A stretch of DNA of 64,000 nt from Minisyncoccota bacterium (GTDB taxonomy: Bacteria; Patescibacteriota; Minisyncoccia; Phycocordibacterales; UBA5272): the NCBI GenBank assembly GCA_018063165.1, contig JAGOQU010000001.1, positions 35,809 to 99,808 on the forward strand, given 5' to 3'. The position numbers were made by a program, and so were the translations under genes. Below, one piece after another: positions 30,105-39,123 of the stretch (positions within the stretch are counted from its first letter, which is position 1; each line of letters opens with the position of its first letter). The notes beneath the pieces are model-generated. The model did not search any database, was not told the DNA's origin, and worked only from the letters and a program-made list of their open reading frames with translations.

Positions 30105-30575
30105 ATGAAAATTGTAGTTTTGGATAATTTACGGTCTGTGTATAATGTTGGATCTATTTTTCGTACTGCTAATGCCGCAGGTATAGAGAAGATATATCTT
30201 TGTGGTACCACACCAACTCCGCTTGATAAAAAAGGTCTACGCAGGAAAGATTTTGCAAAGGTTGCACTCGGTGCAGAAGATACTGTCGTTTGGGAGTATA
30301 TAGAAAATACCTGTGAATGTGTGCAAAAATTAAAAAATAAAAATACAGTAATCATTGCCTTTGAACAAAATAAAGAATCTGTTGATTATAAAAAAGTAAT
30401 AATTGAAAAAGATAATGATAGTGTTTTTGTTATAGGTAATGAAGTCGAGGGGGTCACAGAAGATGTTCTTAATGTATGTGATGTTATAGCAGAAATTCCT
30501 ATGCTTGGTACAAAAGAATCACTTAATGTAACAATAGCATTTGGTATCGGTGTGTATAGAATATTAGGTATTTAA
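30105..30575 (+). CDS. SpoU/TrmH-family RNA 2'-O-methyltransferase
   Basis: LDNLRSVYNVGSIFRTANAAG, VIGNEVEGV, SLNVTIAFGIGVY (SPOUT knot motifs). Confidence 0.75.
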   Translation: MKIVVLDNLRSVYNVGSIFRTANAAGIEKIYLCGTTPTPLDKKGLRRKDFAKVALGAEDTVVWEYIENTCECVQKLKNKNTVIIAFEQNKESVDYKKVIIEKDNDSVFVIGNEVEGVTEDVLNVCDVIAEIPMLGTKESLNVTIAFGIGVYRILGI

Positions 30576-30583
30576 TTCACAAC

Positions 30584-31306
30584 ATGATCACATTAGAAAA
30601 ATGTAAAAAGGAATTAAGAAAGTATTCATCAAAAGAACGTGCAAAAACTAATGCTTGGTTTTTTAAAACAGGTAAAGGTGAATATGGAGAAGGTGATTTG
30701 TTTTTAGGAATTACTGTACCTAATGTAAGACGTGTTGTGAATATGTTTTTAAAAGAAATAACAATAGAAGAAGTTATAGAATTGTTACATTCTCCTTACC
30801 ATGAGGAACGCTTATCTGCATGTATATTTTTTACAGAACTATCTAAACAAGCAAGAAAAAATAATGATGTAAAAGTAGAAAAAAATATATACACATTGTA
30901 TATAGATAATGCTAAGAAAATAAATAACTGGGATCTTGTTGATGTTTCTGCTCCGTCTGTTGTTGGTGAATATCTTTTTAATAAAGAAAGAAAAATACTT
31001 TATACGTTAGCGTCTTCAAAAAATATATGGGAAAGAAGAATAGCTATTGTTTCAACATTTGCTTGTATTAAAAAAGGTGATTATAAAGACACTATAGTAA
31101 TTGCAGAAATGTTACTTACTAGTAAAGAAGACTTGTTACATAAAGCTACAGGATGGATGCTTCGTGAAGTTGGGAAAAGAGGGGGAATGAATGTACTTAA
31201 TGTTTTTTTAGATATATATGCTTCTACAATGCCTCGTACGATGTTACGGTATTCTCTTGAGCATCATGATGAAATAAGTAGAAAAAAGTATATGAATATG
31301 AAATAG
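30584..31306 (+). CDS. DNA alkylation repair protein (AlkD/AlkC-like HEAT-repeat glycosylase family)
   Basis: ERAKTNAWFFKTGKGEYGEGDLFLGITVPNVRRV, NNWDLVDVSAPSVVGEY, ATGWMLREVGKR. Confidence 0.65.
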   Translation: MITLEKCKKELRKYSSKERAKTNAWFFKTGKGEYGEGDLFLGITVPNVRRVVNMFLKEITIEEVIELLHSPYHEERLSACIFFTELSKQARKNNDVKVEKNIYTLYIDNAKKINNWDLVDVSAPSVVGEYLFNKERKILYTLASSKNIWERRIAIVSTFACIKKGDYKDTIVIAEMLLTSKEDLLHKATGWMLREVGKRGGMNVLNVFLDIYASTMPRTMLRYSLEHHDEISRKKYMNMK

Positions 31307-31332
31307 TGTAGATATGTTAAAATAGAATAATT

Positions 31333-33336
31333 ATGATTACAAAAACATTACCACTTACAGAAAAAGATTTTAATTGGGTTAGAATGACACCTGCTCTCAT
31401 GAAGAAACAAGCAGATGCATATATTGTTAATAAGAAAAAAGTCTACGGAGATATTAAAAAAATTCTTCCAGAACATAGAACATTTTTAAATACACTATAT
31501 GCACTTGAAAGATGCGATGATTCTTTTGAAAGCTTCTTTAGTAAAATGGGATTACTTTCTGAAGTATCTCCAAAAAAAGAAGTGCGTGAAGCTGCACATG
31601 CTATAGCTACCGACATGTCACAAAAGCTGGTAGATATTGAATATGATAGAGATCTTTTTATTTCACTTGTTGAGTATTATGAAGGAAATTTTCCTGATGA
31701 AAAAAAGACATTACGGAAAGAAGATGTTAAATTACTAGAAGAAACTATTCGTGAGTATCGTCGTATGGGTTTTGATTTACCTTCTGAAAAACAAAAACAA
31801 CTTAAACTTCTTATGAAGAAAGTTGGTAAGTTATCTATCTCTTTTAGGCAGAATATTAATGATTATCAAGATTATATTCTTTGTACAGAAGAAGAGCTCT
31901 CTGGTTTATCATCGCGTTTTATTTCTACACTACCAAAGCATACCGACGGTAGATATATAGTATCACTTCAGTATCCACATATTTTTCCATTTATGGCAGA
32001 AGCAGAAAATAGAAAAAAACGTGAAGAACTTGCTCTTAAAAATTTAAAAAAAGGTGGTATAAAGAATTTGAAAATTATAGAAGAAATAGTAAAGCTTCGT
32101 CATGAAATTGCAAAGATACTTGGATATAAACATCATGCTGATTTTAGAGTAGAAACTCGCATGGTAAAAACAGCGGAGATTGCAGAAGATTTTCAAAATT
32201 CACTTCTTACAACACTCGCACCACTAGCAAAAAAAGATAGCGATGCAATTCGTGCACATGCGAAAACATTAGGTATTAAAAAACTTGAACATTATGACGT
32301 TGGGTATGTGTCTACTCATTTAAAAAAGAAATTATATGATCTTGATCCAGAAACTGTGAGAGCATTTTTCCCTCTAGAACATGTAAAACGTGAGCTCTTT
32401 AATCTTTGTGAAAATCTTTTTGGTATTGTGATAGCAGAATATCCTATGAAACTATGGTACAAAGATGTAAAAATGTATCAGATTAATGATCAAGATGGAT
32501 CTCTTATAGGATATTTCTCTATGGATTTATTTCCACGAGAAGGTAAGTTTGGTCATGCTGCGATGTTTGATGTGGTGGTGTCACATGAAGAGGGGTATAA
32601 AACAGAAGAATATATTGCTCCGTATTCATCCATGGTGTGCAATTTCCCAACACCTACAAAGAAAATTCCATCATTACTTTCACTTGGTGAAGTTGAAACA
32701 CTCTTCCACGAATTCGGTCATCTTCTTCATATGACACTTACTCGTGCACGTCTTGAATCGCAAGCGGGTGCTAATGTAGCGTGGGATTTTGTAGAAACAC
32801 CTTCTCAAATTATGGAAAATTGGGTGTGGAATAAAGAAGTGATGAGTAATCTTTCAAAGCATTATGAAACTGGTAAACAAATGGATGAAGCAATGATAGA
32901 TAGAATCATACAAGGTAAAACATTTCAGAATGCATATTTTTACACTCGTCAATTAATACAAGGAAAACTCGATCTTGATCTTCATACGGGTAAAGTAAAA
33001 GATGCTCGCGAAGCATATAGAAAGATGAATAAAAAATATTTTAATCTTGATCTTCCAGAGAAGGAAACTCTTTTCCCTGCAGGGTTTGGACATCTTGTTG
33101 GATATGATGCTGGATATTATTCATATCTTTGGGCACTCGTGTATGCGTGTGATGCTTTTGAATCATTCAAGACAAAGGGTAATAAAAATGTTATGACAAA
33201 TACTGAGGTTGGAATGAAGTGGCGTCATGAGATTCTTGAAAAAGGATCATCAGAAGATGAAATGAAATTAGTTAAAAATTTCTTAGGACGAGCACCGAAT
33301 CAGAAAGCATTCTTGAAAGAGGTAATCGGTAAATAA
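31333..33336 (+). CDS. M3-family zinc oligoendopeptidase
   Basis: HEFGHLLH zinc motif with downstream E, plus M3-typical regions (LPLAKKD, GFGHLVGYDAGYYSYLWA). Confidence 0.8.
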   Translation: MITKTLPLTEKDFNWVRMTPALMKKQADAYIVNKKKVYGDIKKILPEHRTFLNTLYALERCDDSFESFFSKMGLLSEVSPKKEVREAAHAIATDMSQKLVDIEYDRDLFISLVEYYEGNFPDEKKTLRKEDVKLLEETIREYRRMGFDLPSEKQKQLKLLMKKVGKLSISFRQNINDYQDYILCTEEELSGLSSRFISTLPKHTDGRYIVSLQYPHIFPFMAEAENRKKREELALKNLKKGGIKNLKIIEEIVKLRHEIAKILGYKHHADFRVETRMVKTAEIAEDFQNSLLTTLAPLAKKDSDAIRAHAKTLGIKKLEHYDVGYVSTHLKKKLYDLDPETVRAFFPLEHVKRELFNLCENLFGIVIAEYPMKLWYKDVKMYQINDQDGSLIGYFSMDLFPREGKFGHAAMFDVVVSHEEGYKTEEYIAPYSSMVCNFPTPTKKIPSLLSLGEVETLFHEFGHLLHMTLTRARLESQAGANVAWDFVETPSQIMENWVWNKEVMSNLSKHYETGKQMDEAMIDRIIQGKTFQNAYFYTRQLIQGKLDLDLHTGKVKDAREAYRKMNKKYFNLDLPEKETLFPAGFGHLVGYDAGYYSYLWALVYACDAFESFKTKGNKNVMTNTEVGMKWRHEILEKGSSEDEMKLVKNFLGRAPNQKAFLKEVIGK

Positions 33337-33380
33337 GTAATCATTTCTCGTTTATTCATAGAAAAGCATATAATCATTTT

Positions 33381-33938
33381 GTGATTATATGCTTTTCTTA
33401 TATACTTATCATTATCATGGAGCCAGAAAAAATAAGCACGTCAACAAGTGAAATAAATAAGCCTATTCAAGAAACCGAACCTGTATATCACACAATTTCT
33501 GGCGGAACAGAAACGTTAGCAGAAAAACAGCGCAGCAAGAGTATTGTTACCAGTGAACAGTTACATGTTCCTGTTGCAGTTACTGATACTGTTTTAGATA
33601 AGGAGGTTGTTACTGTAAATACTAACTTGAGATCGGAAAATATAATTATCAGATACGTATATGCAATTTTTGTTTCTTTTATTTTATTTTTTATTTTGTT
33701 AAGTTTTTTAAAAAATAATACTTATTTAAATCAAAATTTTTTTACATATATTCTCTGGTTATACTACTCACTTGCGTTTTTTCTGTTTGTTTTTTCTGTA
33801 AAATCTATTTTACAGAAAAAAAGTTATTACATGCTCGGTCAGTTTTTTTTATTTCTTATTTCACCAGTTCTTATTGGTTTTGGTTTGTGTATGACTTTTA
33901 TGTATGGAATTTCAATTTTTTCTGCATTTAAGAATTAA
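33381..33938 (+). CDS. hypothetical membrane protein
   Basis: C-terminal half contains three TM helices. Confidence 0.4.
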   Translation: MIICFSYILIIIMEPEKISTSTSEINKPIQETEPVYHTISGGTETLAEKQRSKSIVTSEQLHVPVAVTDTVLDKEVVTVNTNLRSENIIIRYVYAIFVSFILFFILLSFLKNNTYLNQNFFTYILWLYYSLAFFLFVFSVKSILQKKSYYMLGQFFLFLISPVLIGFGLCMTFMYGISIFSAFKN

Positions 33939-33946
33939 GTTATCGT

Positions 33947-34654
33947 ATGTATATTCATCTAGTAACTGATTATCTGTCCATTTTTATCGGGATGCAGTTT
34001 TATTTTTTATTGAATAAAAAATCAGGCATTAATCCTGAAAAAAAGATTTGGTATATAGTAGGTGCATTACTTGGAGCACTTATTGGTTCGAGATTGCTTG
34101 CTGCACTTGAAGATCCATATATGTTTTTGCATGCAGATACCTGGCTTTATTATTATGTTAATAAAACAATTATAGGTGGCATAGCTGGTGGTATTCTTGG
34201 TATAGAAATTGCAAAGAAGTTTCTTGGAATAAAAAGTAATACAGGAGATCAGGTAGTTATACCTCTTATGGTTGCAATTATTATTGGTCGTATCGGATGT
34301 CAGCTTACAGGAGTGTCAGATGGTACTATAGGTGTTGTTTGTGATTATCTATGGTGTTTTAAGCAAGGTGACGAATTTAATAGGCATCCAATACCATTAT
34401 ATGAAATAATTGAAATTTTGATACTTTTACCTATATTTTATAGATGGATACAGCAAAAGAAATTTCAAGAAGGTTTTGTTTTTAGACTTTTTATTATTAT
34501 ATATTTTGGTATGCGTTTTTTGTTTGAATATATAAAAGATACGAATTCAATTTTTGTATCATTTTCTGCAATTCAAATAGTTTGTCTTTTATTTGTGTTT
34601 TATTATATCTTTGATAGTATTAAACACGGATTGTACAAAACGAATATATCTTGA
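33947..34654 (+). CDS. lgt: prolipoprotein diacylglyceryl transferase
   Basis: Block-wise match to Lgt: GALLGALIGSRL; GGIAGGILG; DQVVIPLMVAIIIGRIGCQLTG (Lgt signature region G-R-x-G-x-F-x-N-G); HPIPLYEIIE (HP..LYE); FRLFIIIYFGMRFLFEYIKD. Confidence 0.7.
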   Translation: MYIHLVTDYLSIFIGMQFYFLLNKKSGINPEKKIWYIVGALLGALIGSRLLAALEDPYMFLHADTWLYYYVNKTIIGGIAGGILGIEIAKKFLGIKSNTGDQVVIPLMVAIIIGRIGCQLTGVSDGTIGVVCDYLWCFKQGDEFNRHPIPLYEIIEILILLPIFYRWIQQKKFQEGFVFRLFIIIYFGMRFLFEYIKDTNSIFVSFSAIQIVCLLFVFYYIFDSIKHGLYKTNIS

Positions 34655-34665
34655 AAGGGTATACT

Positions 34666-36042
34666 ATGAAATCAAATTATGAAAAAGAAGTTGTTATAAG
34701 CACAGATTCTTGTTGTGATAATTCGTATACACTTGATCATTTTTGCGGTAACGGAAAAAGGTTGAGCGATACAAAATCTCGTTGTAATGTGTGTGGTGTT
34801 GAATGTCGTGCTGAAATATTTCGTTCTAACGATACTCCTCCACGTATATATATGGTAAAACATTGCGCGGAGCATGGTAGAACTAGTTCTCGTATATCAA
34901 GTGATGCACAGTTTTATTATTCAATGAAAGATGGAGAGGTGTGTGCTTGTGGTACTCAAGGGTGCTCTCCTGTCTTGCTTGGTGATAATGCAAAAACTGC
35001 TTCACAATTGCATACATGTACTCTTGTTGTGGAAATTGTATATGATTGTAATCTTTCATGTCCAACATGTTATGCTAATAGTCCAAAAATGTATAATGCA
35101 AAATCATTATCTTTTTTAAGTTTTGAAGATTTTAAAAAATCAATTCTTGATTTGTATGCAAAACAGGGACGCTTAGATATTATCCAGCTTTCAGGTGGAG
35201 AGCCGACACTTCACCCTCAATTATTTGAAATGATAGAATGGTTATCTAAACAGGAATGGATTGCAGATATATTACTTAATACTAATGGTATCAAGCTTGC
35301 TGATCAACTGTTTATGCATAAAATATTAGAAGTTGTACCTCTTGGTCGTTTCGGAGTATATTTACAATTCGATGGTAATACTCCTTTTGGTCAGGTTACA
35401 CTTCGTGGCAATGATATGAGGTCAGTGCGTGAACGTGCAATAAAAAATTGTTCATCATACAATATTCCTGTATCACTTGTGATGACTGTAACGCATGATA
35501 ATAAATTTGATTGTAGTACTGCTATTACAAAAGCACTTTCTGATGATTATATACGTTGGATAGTTTTTCAACCAGAATTTATTTCTGGCAGGAATGGTAA
35601 AGATAAAATTTTTGAAACACCCATAAATGTTGCAGACGTTATTCATAGTGTTGCCACTGGTAGTATTATGGATATTCATTCTTGGATGCCATTACCTTGT
35701 AGTGATCCTAATTGTGGTACCGTAGGTTTTCTTGTAAGGAAAGATGGTGTATGGATACCAGTTTCAAAATTTGTAGATATGAATCAATTTTCTCCATTTA
35801 TTTTAAATAGAATGAATTTTGATATTGATGATTCTCTTGCGTCATGTGGTTGTGATAATGTAAGTCTTGAAGAAGAACTTGCAAGATATAACATTGAAAA
35901 AAAAGATATAAAAATGGTTTTCATTAAACCTTTTATGGATATAAGGACATGGGACACAAAACGTATCGAGTCGTGCTGTACGCATGTACTGACACCAGAA
36001 GGTAAACTTGATAGTTTTTGTAGGTATTATGGAACAAGGTAA
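34666..36042 (+). CDS. radical SAM enzyme with a Cys-rich N-terminal zinc-ribbon-like region and a C-terminal Cys cluster
   Basis: CNLSCPTCY (CxxxCxxC), IIQLSGGEPTLHP, LLNTNG. N-terminus CCDNS...CGNG...CNVCGVEC...C..HG. C-terminus CSDPNC...SCGC...SCCTH...SFC. Start at ATG 34666; the track start is a TTG overlapping the lgt stop. Confidence 0.75.
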   Translation: MKSNYEKEVVISTDSCCDNSYTLDHFCGNGKRLSDTKSRCNVCGVECRAEIFRSNDTPPRIYMVKHCAEHGRTSSRISSDAQFYYSMKDGEVCACGTQGCSPVLLGDNAKTASQLHTCTLVVEIVYDCNLSCPTCYANSPKMYNAKSLSFLSFEDFKKSILDLYAKQGRLDIIQLSGGEPTLHPQLFEMIEWLSKQEWIADILLNTNGIKLADQLFMHKILEVVPLGRFGVYLQFDGNTPFGQVTLRGNDMRSVRERAIKNCSSYNIPVSLVMTVTHDNKFDCSTAITKALSDDYIRWIVFQPEFISGRNGKDKIFETPINVADVIHSVATGSIMDIHSWMPLPCSDPNCGTVGFLVRKDGVWIPVSKFVDMNQFSPFILNRMNFDIDDSLASCGCDNVSLEEELARYNIEKKDIKMVFIKPFMDIRTWDTKRIESCCTHVLTPEGKLDSFCRYYGTR

Positions 36043-36059
36043 TCTTTTTTTAATTACTA

Positions 36060-36088
36060 AAAACCCGCGACTATGTCGCGGGTTTTAT
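36060..36088. terminator. bidirectional intrinsic terminator
   Basis: ACCCGCGAC-TAT-GTCGCGGGT flanked by A/T runs. Lies between convergent genes. Confidence 0.5.
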
Positions 36089-36101
36089 AAATATATTAAA
36101 A

Positions 36102-36410
36102 TTAATTTATTATAAATAAGGTTAATAATAGTCCTGTTAAGAAAATAGATAGTATTAACAAAAAAAATCCAATGATAACGGTAAAAATTTTTACACGTAA
36201 AGGGTAAAAATCTTCTAATTCTGGTTTTTTTCTGAATACTGCAATCATACTGCTTAAGGAATATAAAGCAGACACTAAAAATGTTGCTATCGGTATAATC
36301 ATTAATGGTTTTGCTAATCCCATAAACATACAACTTCCAAAACCAACAAGTTGTAATATGATAGCGCGGATAATGTGTTCTTGTTTCATTTTAGTAAAAA
36401 TATTTTGCAT
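36102..36410 (-). CDS. hypothetical small membrane protein (three TM helices)
   Basis: Hydrophobicity pattern only. Confidence 0.4.
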   Translation of the reverse strand: MQNIFTKMKQEHIIRAIILQLVGFGSCMFMGLAKPLMIIPIATFLVSALYSLSSMIAVFRKKPELEDFYPLRVKIFTVIIGFFLLILSIFLTGLLLTLFIIN

Positions 36411-36550
36411 ATAGTAAAGTATATCAAAAATATATTTTTTGTGTTTATGATAACGACATAAAATAAATAGTTTGTAATTTTATTTTTTTTAATAACGCTT
36501 TCTTATTGATTAAAATTTTTTTCTGTGATAGTTTTATACATGGACTCTAG

Positions 36551-36736
36551 ATGAAAGGGGAAATCATGGAAATGATTATGAATCTTTTAATACTTTCATC
36601 TGTTATAAATATTTTTTTATTTATTTCAGTATTTGTATCTTCAGGTGAAACTAGAAAAACTGTCTTAAAATATTTTAGTATAAATTTTTTATTTGGAGTT
36701 TTTCTGGTCTACCTTGTTGTAAAAAATAATCATTAA
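36551..36736 (+). CDS. possible small hydrophobic peptide (61 aa)
   Basis: ORF with two hydrophobic segments; weak support. Confidence 0.2.
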   Translation: MKGEIMEMIMNLLILSSVINIFLFISVFVSSGETRKTVLKYFSINFLFGVFLVYLVVKNNH

Positions 36737-36768
36737 TAGTTTGCGTTCTTTGTATAGTAAAAGGAAAA

Positions 36769-37266
36769 ATGATGTTTTTTAAACCTAAAATAGTAATACA
36801 TAAAAAAAGGCAAAAATCGATAACACTTACACCTATTCTTTGTGAACCTGGTACGATATTTGATATTTTGAAACAAAAAGATATTGAAATAGATTTTTCT
36901 GCCAGAAGTGCGCTTGACTCTATAAGTTGCAATCAAATACCTTGTGAGAAGAATGTTTCTGTTTCTTTTATTTCTCCGTTAGGTCTTGGTTTTGAAGATG
37001 GTGCTATTCTGAGCGATATATATAGACATGGTAAAAAAAATGGTCTACAAATAATTAACCACCAATTTTTTCTTAGTTTATGTCTGTGCCATACTATGTG
37101 GCACGAAAAAGAACAAGTAACATTTGCTATGATGCCTATCTTCGGAAAAGATGGAACACCTTTAGTTTTTAGTATGAAAACATTTAGCCAGAAGAAAATA
37201 ATTATAGGAGAAATGGGGTATAATTATATTTTATGGAAAAAAGATATTCTTTTTGTTTTTCTTTAA
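36769..37266 (+). CDS. hypothetical protein
   Basis: ORF preceded by GGAAAAATG; no family recognised. Confidence 0.4.
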   Translation: MMFFKPKIVIHKKRQKSITLTPILCEPGTIFDILKQKDIEIDFSARSALDSISCNQIPCEKNVSVSFISPLGLGFEDGAILSDIYRHGKKNGLQIINHQFFLSLCLCHTMWHEKEQVTFAMMPIFGKDGTPLVFSMKTFSQKKIIIGEMGYNYILWKKDILFVFL

Positions 37267-37278
37267 TTTTTAAAAGAT

Positions 37279-37310
37279 AAAACCACACAAATGTCGTGTG
37301 GTTTTTTTGT
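37279..37310. terminator. bidirectional intrinsic terminator
   Basis: AACCACAC-AAATGTC-GTGTGGTT followed by TTTTT. Lies between convergent genes. Confidence 0.45.
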
Positions 37311-37319
37311 GTGGTATTT

Positions 37320-38090
37320 TTAGATCAATATTAGTATAAGAATAATTCCTACTATAATTCTATACCAGCCAAAAACAGCAAAAGAGTTTGATCGTATATA
37401 TTTTAGAAAATACGTGATAACAAGAAGTGCAACCATAAAAGAAACAACTGTTCCAAAAAGGATTGGAGTTATATCATTTACTACAAGCTCTGAATGTTTT
37501 TTATAGATAGTGTATAGAGTCGCTATTACCATTGTAGGGACAGCAAGAAGAAATGTAAATTCAGTAAGTAATTTTCTTTCTAATTTCATGGTAAGTCCTC
37601 CTATGATCATAGCGCCTGAACGCGACACTCCAGGTATAATAGCAATAGCCTGATATATACCAAGAAGAAAAGCTTCTTTGTAACTTATTTTTTTTTCTTT
37701 TTTAATGTCATCTGATACTATTTTTTGTGTATACCATTTTTCTACAACAAGAATACATACACCCCCTAATGTCATAGTTAATGCGACTAAAAGAGGACTT
37801 GTAAGAAATAGTTTTATATAAGGAAAAATAAAAAGACCAAGTACACCTGTTGGTATAAAAGCAATAATAAGTTTTTGTATCATTGCAGTTTCAAATAGTT
37901 TTTTGGCATATAGTACAACTACTGCAGAAATAGCTCCAACTTGAGAAACAACTTCAAATGTTTCTAGGGTTACACCTTCTTTTATATGTAAAAAGTGAGA
38001 CACTACTATCATATGTCCAGTAGACGATATTGGTAAAAATTCTGTAAAACCTTCTACAATAGCTAGTATAAATGAGTGTAATATAGTCAT
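37320..38090 (-). CDS. uppP: undecaprenyl-diphosphatase
   Basis: ILAIVEGFTEFLPISSTGHMIV plus the second conserved region (PGVSRSGAMIIGG). Start set at MTILHSF; the track ORF extends further 5'. Confidence 0.8.
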   Translation of the reverse strand: MTILHSFILAIVEGFTEFLPISSTGHMIVVSHFLHIKEGVTLETFEVVSQVGAISAVVVLYAKKLFETAMIQKLIIAFIPTGVLGLFIFPYIKLFLTSPLLVALTMTLGGVCILVVEKWYTQKIVSDDIKKEKKISYKEAFLLGIYQAIAIIPGVSRSGAMIIGGLTMKLERKLLTEFTFLLAVPTMVIATLYTIYKKHSELVVNDITPILFGTVVSFMVALLVITYFLKYIRSNSFAVFGWYRIIVGIILILILI

Positions 38091-38185
38091 ACATATGAGT
38101 GTATCACGACATAGTAAAGTGTATATACATATATAAAAAAGTAGTCCCTTTGTTTTAGATAAAAAGTATTCTACACTAGAGATAT

Positions 38186-39097
38186 ATGTCACGAGTACTT
38201 AGACCTATAAAAGTTTTTCAAGATTCTCCTAAAGAAGAATTAATTTCTACTGATATTATAGAAAACATATCTACTTTTAATACTGTTGATGAAGTAAACA
38301 GTGAAAAAAGTTTTATCCAAGAAGTTTCTACTGTTGTTCCTTCTGAAAAGGATACACCTACTATAGAAAATAGCACACTTTCTCAAGAAGAAGTTGTTTC
38401 AGATAAGAGTGGATCAAACGATGTGATAGGTATCTGCACGCTCTCTGAGGAAGTAAGTTTATTAGAAGAACAAAAAAATGCAGAAATTAAAGATGGAGTT
38501 ATATCAGATGCACTGCAAAAACTTTTAGATAGAAAAATAGAAAAAGCAGAAGCTGAAGCGAAAGCGTCTTTAGAAGAGGTTGATGTACTTGATAATACAA
38601 ACATGGCACAAAATGGCATAGCTCAACAAACTGTTGTAACTAGTAGTAATGAAAGTGCTTCCATCTCTTTAGAAGATTTACCTAAACAAGACAGTGTTCA
38701 GCCAGTAAAAATACCGATTATTTCTTCAGTTGCACCAGGACAAGAAATACATGTCCCAGCTCAACCATTAACACAAGTTATTTCTGAAGTTGAACCTGTT
38801 TCAGTTCAAAAAGAAGATAGTAATACTTCTTTAGATGTACCTGTAGATTTTTATCCTGCTGTTTCCGATGAGTTAAAAAGTGCGCCAGTGATTGCTTTAA
38901 ATCATCAAGCGGAAGTTGTTCCTACAGAAGTCTTGTCACAAGTGGTTCCTGTGGTAACAGAGTCTACACAGATGACCCCAGCAGAACCACTCACTTCTAA
39001 TGTTCCTCAAACTCAGGTTGCTGAAGGTATAAAAGAAGTTCATTGGTTTGATAAACTTTTTGGAAATCCACCAATAAGTCCTCCAAAAGGTATGTAG
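38186..39097 (+). CDS. hypothetical acidic low-complexity protein (Ser/Glu/Val/Pro-rich)
   Basis: ORF only; compositionally biased. Confidence 0.35.
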   Translation: MSRVLRPIKVFQDSPKEELISTDIIENISTFNTVDEVNSEKSFIQEVSTVVPSEKDTPTIENSTLSQEEVVSDKSGSNDVIGICTLSEEVSLLEEQKNAEIKDGVISDALQKLLDRKIEKAEAEAKASLEEVDVLDNTNMAQNGIAQQTVVTSSNESASISLEDLPKQDSVQPVKIPIISSVAPGQEIHVPAQPLTQVISEVEPVSVQKEDSNTSLDVPVDFYPAVSDELKSAPVIALNHQAEVVPTEVLSQVVPVVTESTQMTPAEPLTSNVPQTQVAEGIKEVHWFDKLFGNPPISPPKGM

Positions 39098-39123
39098 TTT
39101 TTTGAGATGCTTACAATCAATTT

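Noticed and set aside
36551-36736. 61-aa hydrophobic ORF downstream of the radical-SAM gene as a RiPP precursor
   Set aside because: No leader/core organisation, no Cys/Ser/Thr-rich core, no RBS. Retained only as a low-confidence feature.
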